From: Acidimicrobiia bacterium
GTDB taxonomy: Bacteria > Actinomycetota > Acidimicrobiia > Acidimicrobiales > Bin134
Direction of reading: 5' to 3'
Length of the DNA stretch: 64,000 nt
NCBI GenBank assembly: GCA_022822905.1
Contig: JAJDYE010000023.1
Coordinates: 30,521 to 94,520 of the forward strand
The notes beneath the pieces are model-generated. The model had not been told where the DNA came from. It worked only from the letters and a program-made list of their open reading frames with translations, and did not search any database. Shown here one piece after another: positions 9,287 to 17,727 of the stretch (positions within the stretch are counted from its first letter, which is position 1; each line of letters starts with the position of its first letter). The translations under genes were made by a program, and so were the position numbers.

Positions 9287-10140
9287 TACTCGATCCCCGC
9301 GAACAGGTCGGTCTCGGGAATGTCGGTGTCCACCAGGCTGCGGCCCAGCATGTAGTCCTCCCACGGGTAGGCGTCGGCCATGTGGTGGTCGGGCAGGCCA
9401 AACCAGAACTTGGAGTCGGGGTCAACCTGAGTGCGGTGGGCCAAGAGCGCCTTGGACCGGCGGTCGAAGTACTCGGCGCAGTTGATGCGGGTGGTGATGG
9501 CATCGTCGTTGGACGGCCGGCTGAACCAGCGCTCGTCATAGGGCGACTCCAGATCCAGCTCACCGAACTTCTCGTGCAGGGCGGTTATCCGGTTCCGAGA
9601 CCAGGTCACGTAGTACATCTTCATCGGCTGCCACGGCTCGCCGGCGTCGGGATAGGCCTCGGGATCGCCGGCGGCATCGAATGCCGGGCCGCTGATCTCG
9701 GCCACCCGCAGATGGTCGGGGTGGCGATAGCCCTGCTGGTCTTCCCCGTAGGTGACCACCACATGGGGACGCTCGGCTCGCAGGATGGCCACGAGACGCC
9801 CCACGGCCTCATCCAAAGGGGCCTGGGCAAAGCTGCGGGGGTCGGCGTTGGCCTCGCTGTCGGGCATGCCGGAGTCGTGATACCCCAGCCAGTGGACGCT
9901 GCGATAGCCGAGCACATCAGCGGCCTCCACCAGCTCGTCCCGGCGGACCTGCTCCAGGTTCTCACGGACCTCGGGGCGGTCCATGGCCGGGTTCAAGATG
10001 TCGCCCTGCTCCCCGCCGGTGCAGCACACCAGCGATGCCACCACGCCCTGGTCGGCGTACATGGCCACCGTGGCCGACCCCTTCGACGACTCATCGTCGG
10101 GATGGGCGTGGATGGTGAGCAGTCGAAGGTCGCCGGTCAT
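9286..10140 (-). CDS. mca: Mycothiol S-conjugate amidase (PIG-L/LmbE deacetylase family)
   Basis: LLTIHAHPDDESSKGSATVAMYADQGV...CTGGEQGDILNPAM closely resembles the Mca N-terminus. 284 aa. Confidence 0.8.
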   Translation of the reverse strand: MTGDLRLLTIHAHPDDESSKGSATVAMYADQGVVASLVCCTGGEQGDILNPAMDRPEVRENLEQVRRDELVEAADVLGYRSVHWLGYHDSGMPDSEANADPRSFAQAPLDEAVGRLVAILRAERPHVVVTYGEDQQGYRHPDHLRVAEISGPAFDAAGDPEAYPDAGEPWQPMKMYYVTWSRNRITALHEKFGELDLESPYDERWFSRPSNDDAITTRINCAEYFDRRSKALLAHRTQVDPDSKFWFGLPDHHMADAYPWEDYMLGRSLVDTDIPETDLFAGIE

Positions 10141-10247
10141 CGCCTGCTTAGGCTAACGCCGCCAAAGCGGGGCTAGGAACCCGTGCCGGATGGCCGACCC
10201 CCAGTCCAAGACCCTTGAGGCATCAGGGCAAGGGTTAGTCTCCGGGG

Positions 10248-11150
10248 ATGCCAAGCCCAGAATTCGAAGCAGTTCGGTCGATGCTGGCGGCTGCTCCCGC
10301 GCCCGACCCCTCCGAGACCGCGGCGGAGCGCCGTGCCCGGCTGGACGCCAACGCCGCGGCCACGCCGCTGGCCGACGGGGTGGTGAAGGAGACCGTGGAG
10401 ATCCCCGGTGTGCCCGGCGCCGCCTGGCTGCGCCCCGAGGCTCACGACCCCGAGAGCCTTCCGGCGCTGCTGTTCTTCCATGGCGGTGGCTACCGGGTGG
10501 GATCGATCATCTCCCATCAGGGCTTCGGATCCCATCTGGCCTCATTGATCCCGGCTCGAGTGCTGATGATCGACTACCGGCTGGCGCCGGAGAATCCGTT
10601 CCCCGCCGCGGTGGACGACTGCCTGGCCGCCTACCGCTGGATGCTGGATGCCGGGATCGACCCGGGCCGCATCGCGTACATCGGCGACTCGGCTGGAGGC
10701 GGACTGGTGGGCGCGGTGTTGCTCGGGGCCCGAGACCAGGGCTGGCCGCTGCCCGGCGCGGGCGTGTGCCTGTCGCCGTGGATCGACCTGACCAACTCCT
10801 CGGCCAGTCACGCCGAGCGCGACGAGCTCGATGTGATGTTCGGCCACGACGATGCGGTGACCGCGGCCAGTTGGTACCTGGATGGCCACGATCCCCGTGA
10901 TCCGCTTGCCTCCCCGCTCTTCGGCGACTTGACGGGATTGCCCCCCATGCTGGTCCACGCCGGAGACCATGAGGTGCTGTTGGACGACGCCACCGGGTTC
11001 GCCGCCGCGCTGGAGTCAGCGGGCGTGGAAGTGGACCTCCGCATCTGGCCGGGCATGATCCACGACTTTCAGATCATGTACCCCAACTACCCCGAGGCGA
11101 TCGAGGGGACCGAGGCCATTGCGGCCTTCGTGCGACGCGTCGTGGAATGA
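10248..11150 (+). CDS. Alpha/beta hydrolase, HSL-type esterase/lipase
   Basis: Oxyanion HGGGY motif (FFHGGGY) and nucleophile elbow GDSAGG. Confidence 0.85.
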   Translation: MPSPEFEAVRSMLAAAPAPDPSETAAERRARLDANAAATPLADGVVKETVEIPGVPGAAWLRPEAHDPESLPALLFFHGGGYRVGSIISHQGFGSHLASLIPARVLMIDYRLAPENPFPAAVDDCLAAYRWMLDAGIDPGRIAYIGDSAGGGLVGAVLLGARDQGWPLPGAGVCLSPWIDLTNSSASHAERDELDVMFGHDDAVTAASWYLDGHDPRDPLASPLFGDLTGLPPMLVHAGDHEVLLDDATGFAAALESAGVEVDLRIWPGMIHDFQIMYPNYPEAIEGTEAIAAFVRRVVE

Positions 11151-11199
11151 GGAGGTTGAAGGCGCCGCCTGAATGCGGCGCCGGGTCAGCGCAGTCGGC

Positions 11200-11502
11200 T
11201 CAGGCCGATTCCCGCTCGGTGCGGTGGCGCCGCAGACCGATGACCGGAGTGGAGGGGGCGAAGCCCGCCTCTGCCCGCTCGATCTCCGACTCGCCGCCCC
11301 AGAAGCCGAGCTCGCGCTGGTCGCGGGCCCAACTGCGGCACGCCCGAATTACTACGCACTCCCCACAAATCCGCCGGGCTGCATTCTCCCGCCGCTCACG
11401 AGCCGACGGACGTTCGCCGGCCGGAGGGAAGAACAGCTCGCTCTTCCCTTTGCAGTTCGCATTTTCCATCCACCAAGGACGAGGCTCCATTGCCATCTCC
11501 AC
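11200..11502 (-). CDS. whiB: WhiB-family redox-sensing transcriptional regulator
   Basis: Four Cys in the WhiB arrangement (C-x29-CGEC-x5-C) and a GFWGG turn. Confidence 0.85.
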   Translation of the reverse strand: MEMAMEPRPWWMENANCKGKSELFFPPAGERPSARERRENAARRICGECVVIRACRSWARDQRELGFWGGESEIERAEAGFAPSTPVIGLRRHRTERESA

Positions 11503-11646
11503 CCATTGCCTCCCGTACGAGTCCGGGGGCCTTTTCTCCGTTTGGCTATTACTTCAGCAACCGAAACACCTAGCAATTGCTTAGATATTCGCCTGCTTTC
11601 AAAACAAAAGTTAGACGCTCGAATAGCGCCCGTCACGATATCCTAT

Positions 11647-13200
11647 ATGAATAGTTTTGATAAATCTATCCCGATAAGTGATAGTGCTTCGGCAGGAAGC
11701 GGCAACCTGCCCAAACGCCAAGTACTGGTCATCATACTCACTTTGATGCTGGCTCAGATGATGGCGGCCATCGAGGGCACGGTGGTGTCCACCGCGCTGC
11801 CCACCATCATCGGAGACTTGGGTCGGCGGGACCTGTACACGTGGGTTTTCACGTCTTATTTCATCGCCTCAACCTCAACCACCCCGCTGTGGGGAAAGCT
11901 CTCAGACCTGTGGGGGCGCAAGAGCCTGTACCAGACCGCCATCGTCATCTTCATGGTCGGATCGGTGCTGGCCGGGGTGTCGAGCGGCATGACCATGCTG
12001 ATCGTGTTCCGGGCCATCCAAGGGTTGGGCGCCGGCGGATTGTTCACGCTGTCGATGGCCATCCTGGCCGACGTGCTGTCGCCCCGGGAGCGGGGCCGGT
12101 ACCAGGGATACATGGGCGGGATCTTCGCTCTGGCCACCATCTTGGGGCCGCTGGCGGGGGGTCTGCTGGTGGACTACGCCCACTGGCGATGGGTCTTCTT
12201 CATGGTGCTTCCGCTCGGCGGTATCTCCCTGGTGATGTCGGTCACTCATCTCGAGTTGGCCTTTACCCGCCGCGAGGCCCGGGTGGACTACACCGGAGCG
12301 GGCCTGCTTGTGGTGTGGGTGATCGCCATCATCCTGGCAATGGAGCTGGGGGGCGACTCCTGGGATTGGGTGTCGGCCCCGTCGATCGCGCTGCTTGCCG
12401 CGGGAGTTGGGGGCGTGGCCCTGTTCGTCGCCCAGCAGCGGCGAACAGCCGAGGCCATCCTGCCGCCCCGGCTGTTCCGGTTCCGGCTGTTCAACATCTC
12501 CTGTGTGATCCAGTTCATCGCCGGGGCGGCCATGCTCAGTGCGGGCATCTTCGGACCGCTGTTCCTCCAAGTGGTCACCGATGTGAACGCCACCCGGTCG
12601 GGGCTCCTGCTGGTGCCCATGATGCTGGGGATGCTGCTCACCTCGGTGAGCGCCGGGCAGGTGCTGACCCGTACCGGTCGCTACAAGGCGGTGCCGATCT
12701 TCGGAGCCGGCGTGCTCACCTTGGGGGTGTGGCTGATGTCCACCCTCAGCGGCGAGACGTCGACGGTGACGGCCATGGCCTATCTGTTCACTATGGGCTG
12801 CGGAGTGGGCGCCATCATGCAGGTGCTCTTGGTCGCGGTGCAGAACATCGTCCCCCACGACGACTTGGGGGCGGCAACGTCGGCGTCAAACTTCTTCCGC
12901 TCCTTGGGCCAGACCTTCGGTTCCGCGGTGATGGGGGTCGTGTTCATTTCCCGACTTGACCACTACCTGCCCCGGCTGGTGCCGGGCGGCGAGCAGCTCG
13001 ACATCGAAGCGCTCATCGAGGCCCCCACCCAAATCGGCGCCATTGAGCCCGCGTCGGTGCGGAACGGCATCGTCGAGTCGTTCGCCAATGCCATCGCCGA
13101 CATCTATTGGTGGGCCATCCCGGTGACGGCATTGGCCGTGGTCTTGGCCATGCTGGTGCCCGAGTACCGCCTGCGAGAGAAGGCCGCCATCGGGAACTAG
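11647..13200 (+). CDS. MFS transporter, DHA2 (EmrB/QacA-like, 14-TMS) family
   Basis: ATG 11647 follows an AT-rich leader. Multiple hydrophobic spans. MFS motif A-like GKLSDLWGRK and FRAIQGLGAGG. The longer ORF-track start at 11173 runs antisense through whiB. Confidence 0.8.
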   Translation: MNSFDKSIPISDSASAGSGNLPKRQVLVIILTLMLAQMMAAIEGTVVSTALPTIIGDLGRRDLYTWVFTSYFIASTSTTPLWGKLSDLWGRKSLYQTAIVIFMVGSVLAGVSSGMTMLIVFRAIQGLGAGGLFTLSMAILADVLSPRERGRYQGYMGGIFALATILGPLAGGLLVDYAHWRWVFFMVLPLGGISLVMSVTHLELAFTRREARVDYTGAGLLVVWVIAIILAMELGGDSWDWVSAPSIALLAAGVGGVALFVAQQRRTAEAILPPRLFRFRLFNISCVIQFIAGAAMLSAGIFGPLFLQVVTDVNATRSGLLLVPMMLGMLLTSVSAGQVLTRTGRYKAVPIFGAGVLTLGVWLMSTLSGETSTVTAMAYLFTMGCGVGAIMQVLLVAVQNIVPHDDLGAATSASNFFRSLGQTFGSAVMGVVFISRLDHYLPRLVPGGEQLDIEALIEAPTQIGAIEPASVRNGIVESFANAIADIYWWAIPVTALAVVLAMLVPEYRLREKAAIGN

Positions 13201-14195
13201 TCCTGGTCGGCTTCCCCGCTGGCCCTCTGGATGCGGGCACCTCTTTCGGCAATCAATCTCCCGGCCCCGATCCCATATTCACTCAGCGCCCGCATCACCC
13301 CCAGCAGGCTCTGGTCCCGTTGACGCTCCAACTCGGCCACTGTGCGCCCGGCCGCCTGGACTTCGGTGCCAGCGGCCATGGCCTCAATGAGTTCCTCGGT
13401 GAGCTCGGGGGCCTCCATGTGGGCCCAAGGCAGCTTCAAGGCGGGGCCGAACTGGCTCAGCATGTGCCGCATCCCGCCCTCGCCCCCGGCCAAGTGGAAG
13501 GTGAGATTGGTGCCCATGGCCGCCCAGCGAAGACCCGGTCCGTAGACCACGGCGTCGTCCAGCTCGGCGGTGGTGGCCACCCCGTCGTTCACCAGATGCA
13601 GCACCTCTCGCCACAGGGCTTCCTGGAGGCGGTCGGACAGGTAGCCCTCGATCTCACTTCGCACGACGAGGGGGTGCATGACCAAGTCGTCATAGTGCTC
13701 CACTGCGGCGGCCACCGCATCGGCGCTGGTGGCCTTACCAGCGACCACCTCCACCAGCGGCAGCAGATACACCGGATTGAACGGATGGCCGATGAGCAGG
13801 CGCTCGGGGTGGTGCAGGCCCTCCGCCAAGCGAGTGGGCAAGAGTCCCGAGGAGCTGCTGGCGATCACCGTGCGGGGCGGGGCGGCGTCGTCCAAGCGGC
13901 GTATCAGGGTGCGCTTGATCTCCTCATCTTCGGGAGCGCTCTCCTGGATCCAGTCAGCGGCCTTGGCCACTTCCTCTGGGGAGTCGGCCCACCCCACCCG
14001 GCTGGGGTCGGCCCCGGGGAACAGCCCCAGTTCGGTGGCCGCAGGCCAGGCTCGCTCAATGGCTTCTAACAGCCGGTCTTCGGCGCCGACGGCTGGATCC
14101 CAGGCCACCACGTCGTACCCTCGGGCCAGCACCCGTACCGCCCAGCCCGAGCCAATGACCCCCGTCCCCACCAGTCCGATGGTCTTGGTCGTCAT
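13197..14195 (-). CDS. 3-hydroxyacyl-CoA dehydrogenase family protein (L-carnitine dehydrogenase-like)
   Basis: IGLVGTGVIGSGWA Rossmann motif and HPFNPVYLLPLVEV. Confidence 0.75.
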   Translation of the reverse strand: MTTKTIGLVGTGVIGSGWAVRVLARGYDVVAWDPAVGAEDRLLEAIERAWPAATELGLFPGADPSRVGWADSPEEVAKAADWIQESAPEDEEIKRTLIRRLDDAAPPRTVIASSSSGLLPTRLAEGLHHPERLLIGHPFNPVYLLPLVEVVAGKATSADAVAAAVEHYDDLVMHPLVVRSEIEGYLSDRLQEALWREVLHLVNDGVATTAELDDAVVYGPGLRWAAMGTNLTFHLAGGEGGMRHMLSQFGPALKLPWAHMEAPELTEELIEAMAAGTEVQAAGRTVAELERQRDQSLLGVMRALSEYGIGAGRLIAERGARIQRASGEADQD

Positions 14196-14214
14196 CTCCC
14201 GTGTCGTGCCTTCT

Positions 14215-14604
14215 TCACCACAGAACCCGGACGGGGAACTCTCGGAACGCGGTGTCTCTCGTGACCAATATCAACGACTCCAACTCCGCCTGAGCGGCCA
14301 AAATCCGGTCGAACGGGTCTCGGTGTTCTGCAACATAGCTTCCGGCACGCAGACCGTGCTGGTAGGTGACCGGCAAGTGCCGCATCGCCGCGTCGAGGGC
14401 AAACTCATTGAATCGCAATACAGCACCCTCATATTCGGGCAGCCGGCCGAGCCGGAACTTTGTGGCAATCTCCCAAGCGCTCGCCGCGCTGACGAATACG
14501 TTGTTTTGCGAATCCCTCAGTGCTTCTTGCGCGCTATTCGATAGCGCAGGATCGGCCGACCACCACCACAGCAGCGCATGAGTGTCGAGCAGCAGGTCAT
14601 TCAC
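14215..14604 (-). CDS. vapC: PIN-domain ribonuclease toxin VapC
   Basis: LLLDTHALLWWW...SAASAWEIATK...TRD. The GTG start at 14604 overlaps the antitoxin stop (GTGAATGA). Confidence 0.8.
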   Translation of the reverse strand: MNDLLLDTHALLWWWSADPALSNSAQEALRDSQNNVFVSAASAWEIATKFRLGRLPEYEGAVLRFNEFALDAAMRHLPVTYQHGLRAGSYVAEHRDPFDRILAAQAELESLILVTRDTAFREFPVRVLW

Positions 14605-14851
14605 CTGAATACGCGCCCTCCCACGCCGCGAGCTCTTCTTCGGGAAGTGGTTCAAAGAACTCAGGACCGACGACCAATCCGGCTAGCTGCCCACAGCGGC
14701 GGGGTCCGCTGGGCGCCAACGGCATCAGGCGAGCGTAGGGCGTGCCCGCTTTGGCCAAAATGATCTCTTCCCCATTGTGCGCTCGTTCCAACAGCCTCGA
14801 CAAATGGGTCTTGGCTTCGTGGACATTAACCATCGCTGACATTCTCATCAC
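14597..14851 (-). CDS. Phd/YefM-family type II antitoxin
   Basis: VNVHEAKTHLSRLLERAHNGEEIILAKAGTPYARLMPL. The true start may be an internal Met (14833 or 14842). Confidence 0.8.
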   Translation of the reverse strand: MMRMSAMVNVHEAKTHLSRLLERAHNGEEIILAKAGTPYARLMPLAPSGPRRCGQLAGLVVGPEFFEPLPEEELAAWEGAYSGE

Positions 14852-14884
14852 TCCTGCCTGGTATTTTGCGCTTGCGAAAATGAC

Positions 14885-14905
14885 TTAGTCTGATGACTAG
14901 ACTAA
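14885..14905. promoter_or_regulatory. Candidate TA operator: inverted repeat TTAGTCT-N7-AGACTAA
   Basis: Perfect 7-bp arms in the 143-nt AT-rich gap between the phd start and the jetC-like start. Statistically weak on its own. Confidence 0.3.
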
Positions 14906-14994
14906 TAGAAGATTCTCCAGTCAGCAACTACGCGTAGTCGCATTGTTGGTTCACACCGGGGGCTATGGCCAAAGTGTCACCGTGACCCACTAGC

Positions 14995-17727
14995 TTGCTT
15001 GCCGTGAGCCAATCGGAGCATTCGGCTGCCGGGCAGCCTTTGGCAGACGCCAATGCGGCTAGCAGGCGATGGCGGTTGAACCGCGCTGGCATCGTCAACG
15101 TGTACCAGTACGAGAACGAGGTTCTGCATTTCGGAGGCGGTCGGCTGCTGCTGCGAGGGGTAAACGGGTCGGGCAAGACGACGGCAATGAACATGCTGCT
15201 CCCGTTTCTGCTTACCGCCCGTCTGCGCCGCATTGACGCCGCAGGCGAGCAGAGCGGCATGCTCAAAGCTTGGATGCTCAATGGCCGCGACGATGCCCAA
15301 CCAGTCGGCTACCTGTGGATCGAGTTCGAGCGGCAAGGTGAATTCCTCGTATGCGGTTGCGGCATCAAGGCCAGCCGGTCGTCGGACGCGGTGACCACAT
15401 GGTGGTTCATCACCTCCAAGCGGCCGGGCTTCGACCTTGATCTAGTCGAGCGGAGAATCCCCCTATCCGCTGATGCGCTGAAAGTCACCCTCAGCGGAGA
15501 CCAGGTTTTCCATGAACGCCAACGCAACGGCTACCGCAAGGAAATCGAGCGCCGTTTGTTCGACGGAGCATCCATCGACCAGCACATCGGGCTCATCAAC
15601 GTGGTCCGCAGCCCCCGGGTTGGCGACCGGATCGATGTCGACCTCCCCGCCCACCTGATCGATGCTCTGCCCCAGCTCTCCGAGCAGGCGCTGTCCGAGG
15701 CGGCCCAGCCGCTCGACGATCTGGAAGAGCACCGCGGCAACGTGGCCGAATTGGCCCGGACATTGGATGCGCTACGAGGGCTGCTCACCGTCTATCGGGC
15801 CTATTGCGTCGGCGACCTCCGCCAACGGGAAACTGCGGGAAGGGACCAGCTTGACGACCAGCGTGCCAGTTCTGAGCAAGAGACGCTGGCTCGGCGTGAG
15901 GCCGCGACCGCAGAGGCCGAGGTCGGACGACTGGACACCGCTATCGCCGAGCTGGACAAGGATGCCCACCGGCTAGCCGGCCAAATCGACGCCTTGGAGA
16001 AATCACAGGTTTATCGCGACGGCCAAGACCTCGATGCCCTGCGTCAGCATGTGGGCACTCTCGACACCCTGCGCAATAAAGCTGTTGAACGGGTTGCCGA
16101 CCGGACTCGGCGAGTCGAGCGTGCGGCCAGCGAGCTGATACAAGCCCGACAACGCTGCCGAGACGATATTGAGAGGTTCAACGCTGGATTGGCGACCGCA
16201 ACTGAACTGGGCGGGCGCTGTCGAGTCGACCGGCGGCCCCCCAATCCTGTGGTGCTAGCCGAAAGCGCGCTGGGCAAGCCGGTTCAGGCCGAATCCACGA
16301 TGCCCGGCACCGAGACGACCGAACCTGCCGATCAACTTGATTGTGAGGAGATCAATCGCCAGATCGCCGCAGCAGAGGGGGCAGTTCTCCGTCGTCAGGC
16401 TGACATCGAAGCAGTCGAATCAGCTCTGGGCAGTCTCGAATCTGCTGTGCAGCTGCTCAGCCTGGCCGAGTCGGCACGCGACAGCGCAGCCCGCGATTCA
16501 GAGAGTGCGGCGCAGCGGCTTAAGGAACAGCGAGAACACCTCGACACCTTCTGCCAGGAGTGGTCAGCCCATACCCGTCTTTGGGCGTCGGCAGTCCAAC
16601 CGGTTCTAGACGAAGTCGGCATTCGGGCGCCGGCCAACGCTGCATGGGCCGTGCCCGCTGATGACAGCCCTCCTGCAACAACCACTGGCACCCAAACCCG
16701 GCCAGACGGCGCAAGCACGCATGATGCAGACTCGGTGGTTGTCCATCTCAGAGCAGAGCACGGCAGGTTGCAGGATGAGGCCGATCTGCTCGTTGACTTT
16801 CGGCGAGATGCGGTTGCGGCGATCGGGCAGCGGTTGCTCCGCGAGCAGAGGGTGCTGGAAGAAGCGCAGGCGCTGGTTGACGAACTCGCGGCCCGAACCG
16901 AGCCTGATCCGCCTCGGTTTGATTGGCAGACGCCCTCCGACTACTGCCTGGCCGACCTGATCGACTTCGCGCCCCATCTCGAAGACGATGGACAAGCGGC
17001 TCTCGAGGCCGCTCTTCATGCATCGGGGCTGCTTTCAGCCCGCTTGGGCGATGGCCCCGCCGTGGAGTTGGACAATGGTGAGCTGATTGCCGTCGTCGCC
17101 GGCGGCGTCTCCAGCCCACTCAGTGAACACCTCACGGTGACCGTGCCCAACCATCTCATCGGCACCGTGGATGAGGGTTTGATCGCCAAGCTGCTCGACT
17201 CCATCTCGTACGACTTGTCGAGCGATGCCTCCACCGTGGTCACATTCGATGGCGCGTTCCGGGTGGGGTCGCTTCGTGGTCGTCACTCCAAGAAGCAAGC
17301 CGAGTTCATCGGCGTAACCGCCCGCCGCGCTGCGCTGGATCGCGCTCGGCAAGACGCAGTCGAACGTCTTGCCCAAGCCCAAGCCGTTTTCACCAGCTGC
17401 GAAGCCGAGCAGGACAGGTGCCGGTCGTCGCTCGACCAAGCCAAACAGCATCGGTCCAACCTGCCGGCCATCGACGACATCACCGTTGCATCGGCCCGAG
17501 TCGATGACGCTTTTCAAAGAGCCGACGAGGCCGAACGGAACTTGGCGGCAGCCATCCGACAAGCTGCCGAAGCCGAGCGCCGACAACTGCCATGGCACGC
17601 CTGGCCCAGCCATGCCTCGGTGTCATCCGACAAGCTGCCGAAGCCGAGCGCCGACAACTGGATGAGTCCAACGCTCTCCACCAGAAAGCGACAACGCTGG
17701 CGCTGCCAGCTGATCGCGCCGGTCTGA
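14995..17727 (+). CDS. jetC: SMC-like ABC ATPase (JetC / TIGR02680-like), N-terminal fragment: 865 native codons plus 45 out-of-frame codons
   Basis: RWRLNRAGIVNVYQYENEVLHFGGGRLLLRGVNGSGKTT (Walker A) followed by long Ala/Glu/Arg/Leu coiled-coil sequence. The frame is lost at 17590 inside a 71-bp insertion. TTG 14995 or GTG 15004 start. Confidence 0.8.
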   Translation: MLAVSQSEHSAAGQPLADANAASRRWRLNRAGIVNVYQYENEVLHFGGGRLLLRGVNGSGKTTAMNMLLPFLLTARLRRIDAAGEQSGMLKAWMLNGRDDAQPVGYLWIEFERQGEFLVCGCGIKASRSSDAVTTWWFITSKRPGFDLDLVERRIPLSADALKVTLSGDQVFHERQRNGYRKEIERRLFDGASIDQHIGLINVVRSPRVGDRIDVDLPAHLIDALPQLSEQALSEAAQPLDDLEEHRGNVAELARTLDALRGLLTVYRAYCVGDLRQRETAGRDQLDDQRASSEQETLARREAATAEAEVGRLDTAIAELDKDAHRLAGQIDALEKSQVYRDGQDLDALRQHVGTLDTLRNKAVERVADRTRRVERAASELIQARQRCRDDIERFNAGLATATELGGRCRVDRRPPNPVVLAESALGKPVQAESTMPGTETTEPADQLDCEEINRQIAAAEGAVLRRQADIEAVESALGSLESAVQLLSLAESARDSAARDSESAAQRLKEQREHLDTFCQEWSAHTRLWASAVQPVLDEVGIRAPANAAWAVPADDSPPATTTGTQTRPDGASTHDADSVVVHLRAEHGRLQDEADLLVDFRRDAVAAIGQRLLREQRVLEEAQALVDELAARTEPDPPRFDWQTPSDYCLADLIDFAPHLEDDGQAALEAALHASGLLSARLGDGPAVELDNGELIAVVAGGVSSPLSEHLTVTVPNHLIGTVDEGLIAKLLDSISYDLSSDASTVVTFDGAFRVGSLRGRHSKKQAEFIGVTARRAALDRARQDAVERLAQAQAVFTSCEAEQDRCRSSLDQAKQHRSNLPAIDDITVASARVDDAFQRADEAERNLAAAIRQAAEAERRQLPWHAWPSHASVSSDKLPKPSADNWMSPTLSTRKRQRWRCQLIAPV
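17553..17660 (+). repeat. Direct duplication: two perfect 37-bp copies (17553-17589 and 17624-17660) flanking a 34-nt unique spacer
   Basis: CATCCGACAAGCTGCCGAAGCCGAGCGCCGACAACTG occurs twice, 71 nt apart. Both copies encode IRQAAEAERRQL in the two different frames. Confidence 0.95.

Noticed and set aside
11572-11581. A 10-bp palindrome AGCAATTGCT upstream of whiB and the MFS gene.
   Set aside because: Palindromes of this length are expected dozens of times by chance in 64 kb, and there is no supporting context.
11173-11646. A long N-terminal extension of the MFS transporter ORF. Similar extensions occur at 5060-5470, 6667-6837, 19232-19417, 20842-20994, 22035-22193, 31271-31444, 32484-32732, 39686-39775, 41520-41846, 44293-44595, 50567-50752 and 54363-54416.
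   Set aside because: The extensions overlap neighbouring genes or run antisense to them, and they are Arg/Pro-rich and non-coding-like. Internal starts with an RBS or stop-start overlaps give products of normal family length.
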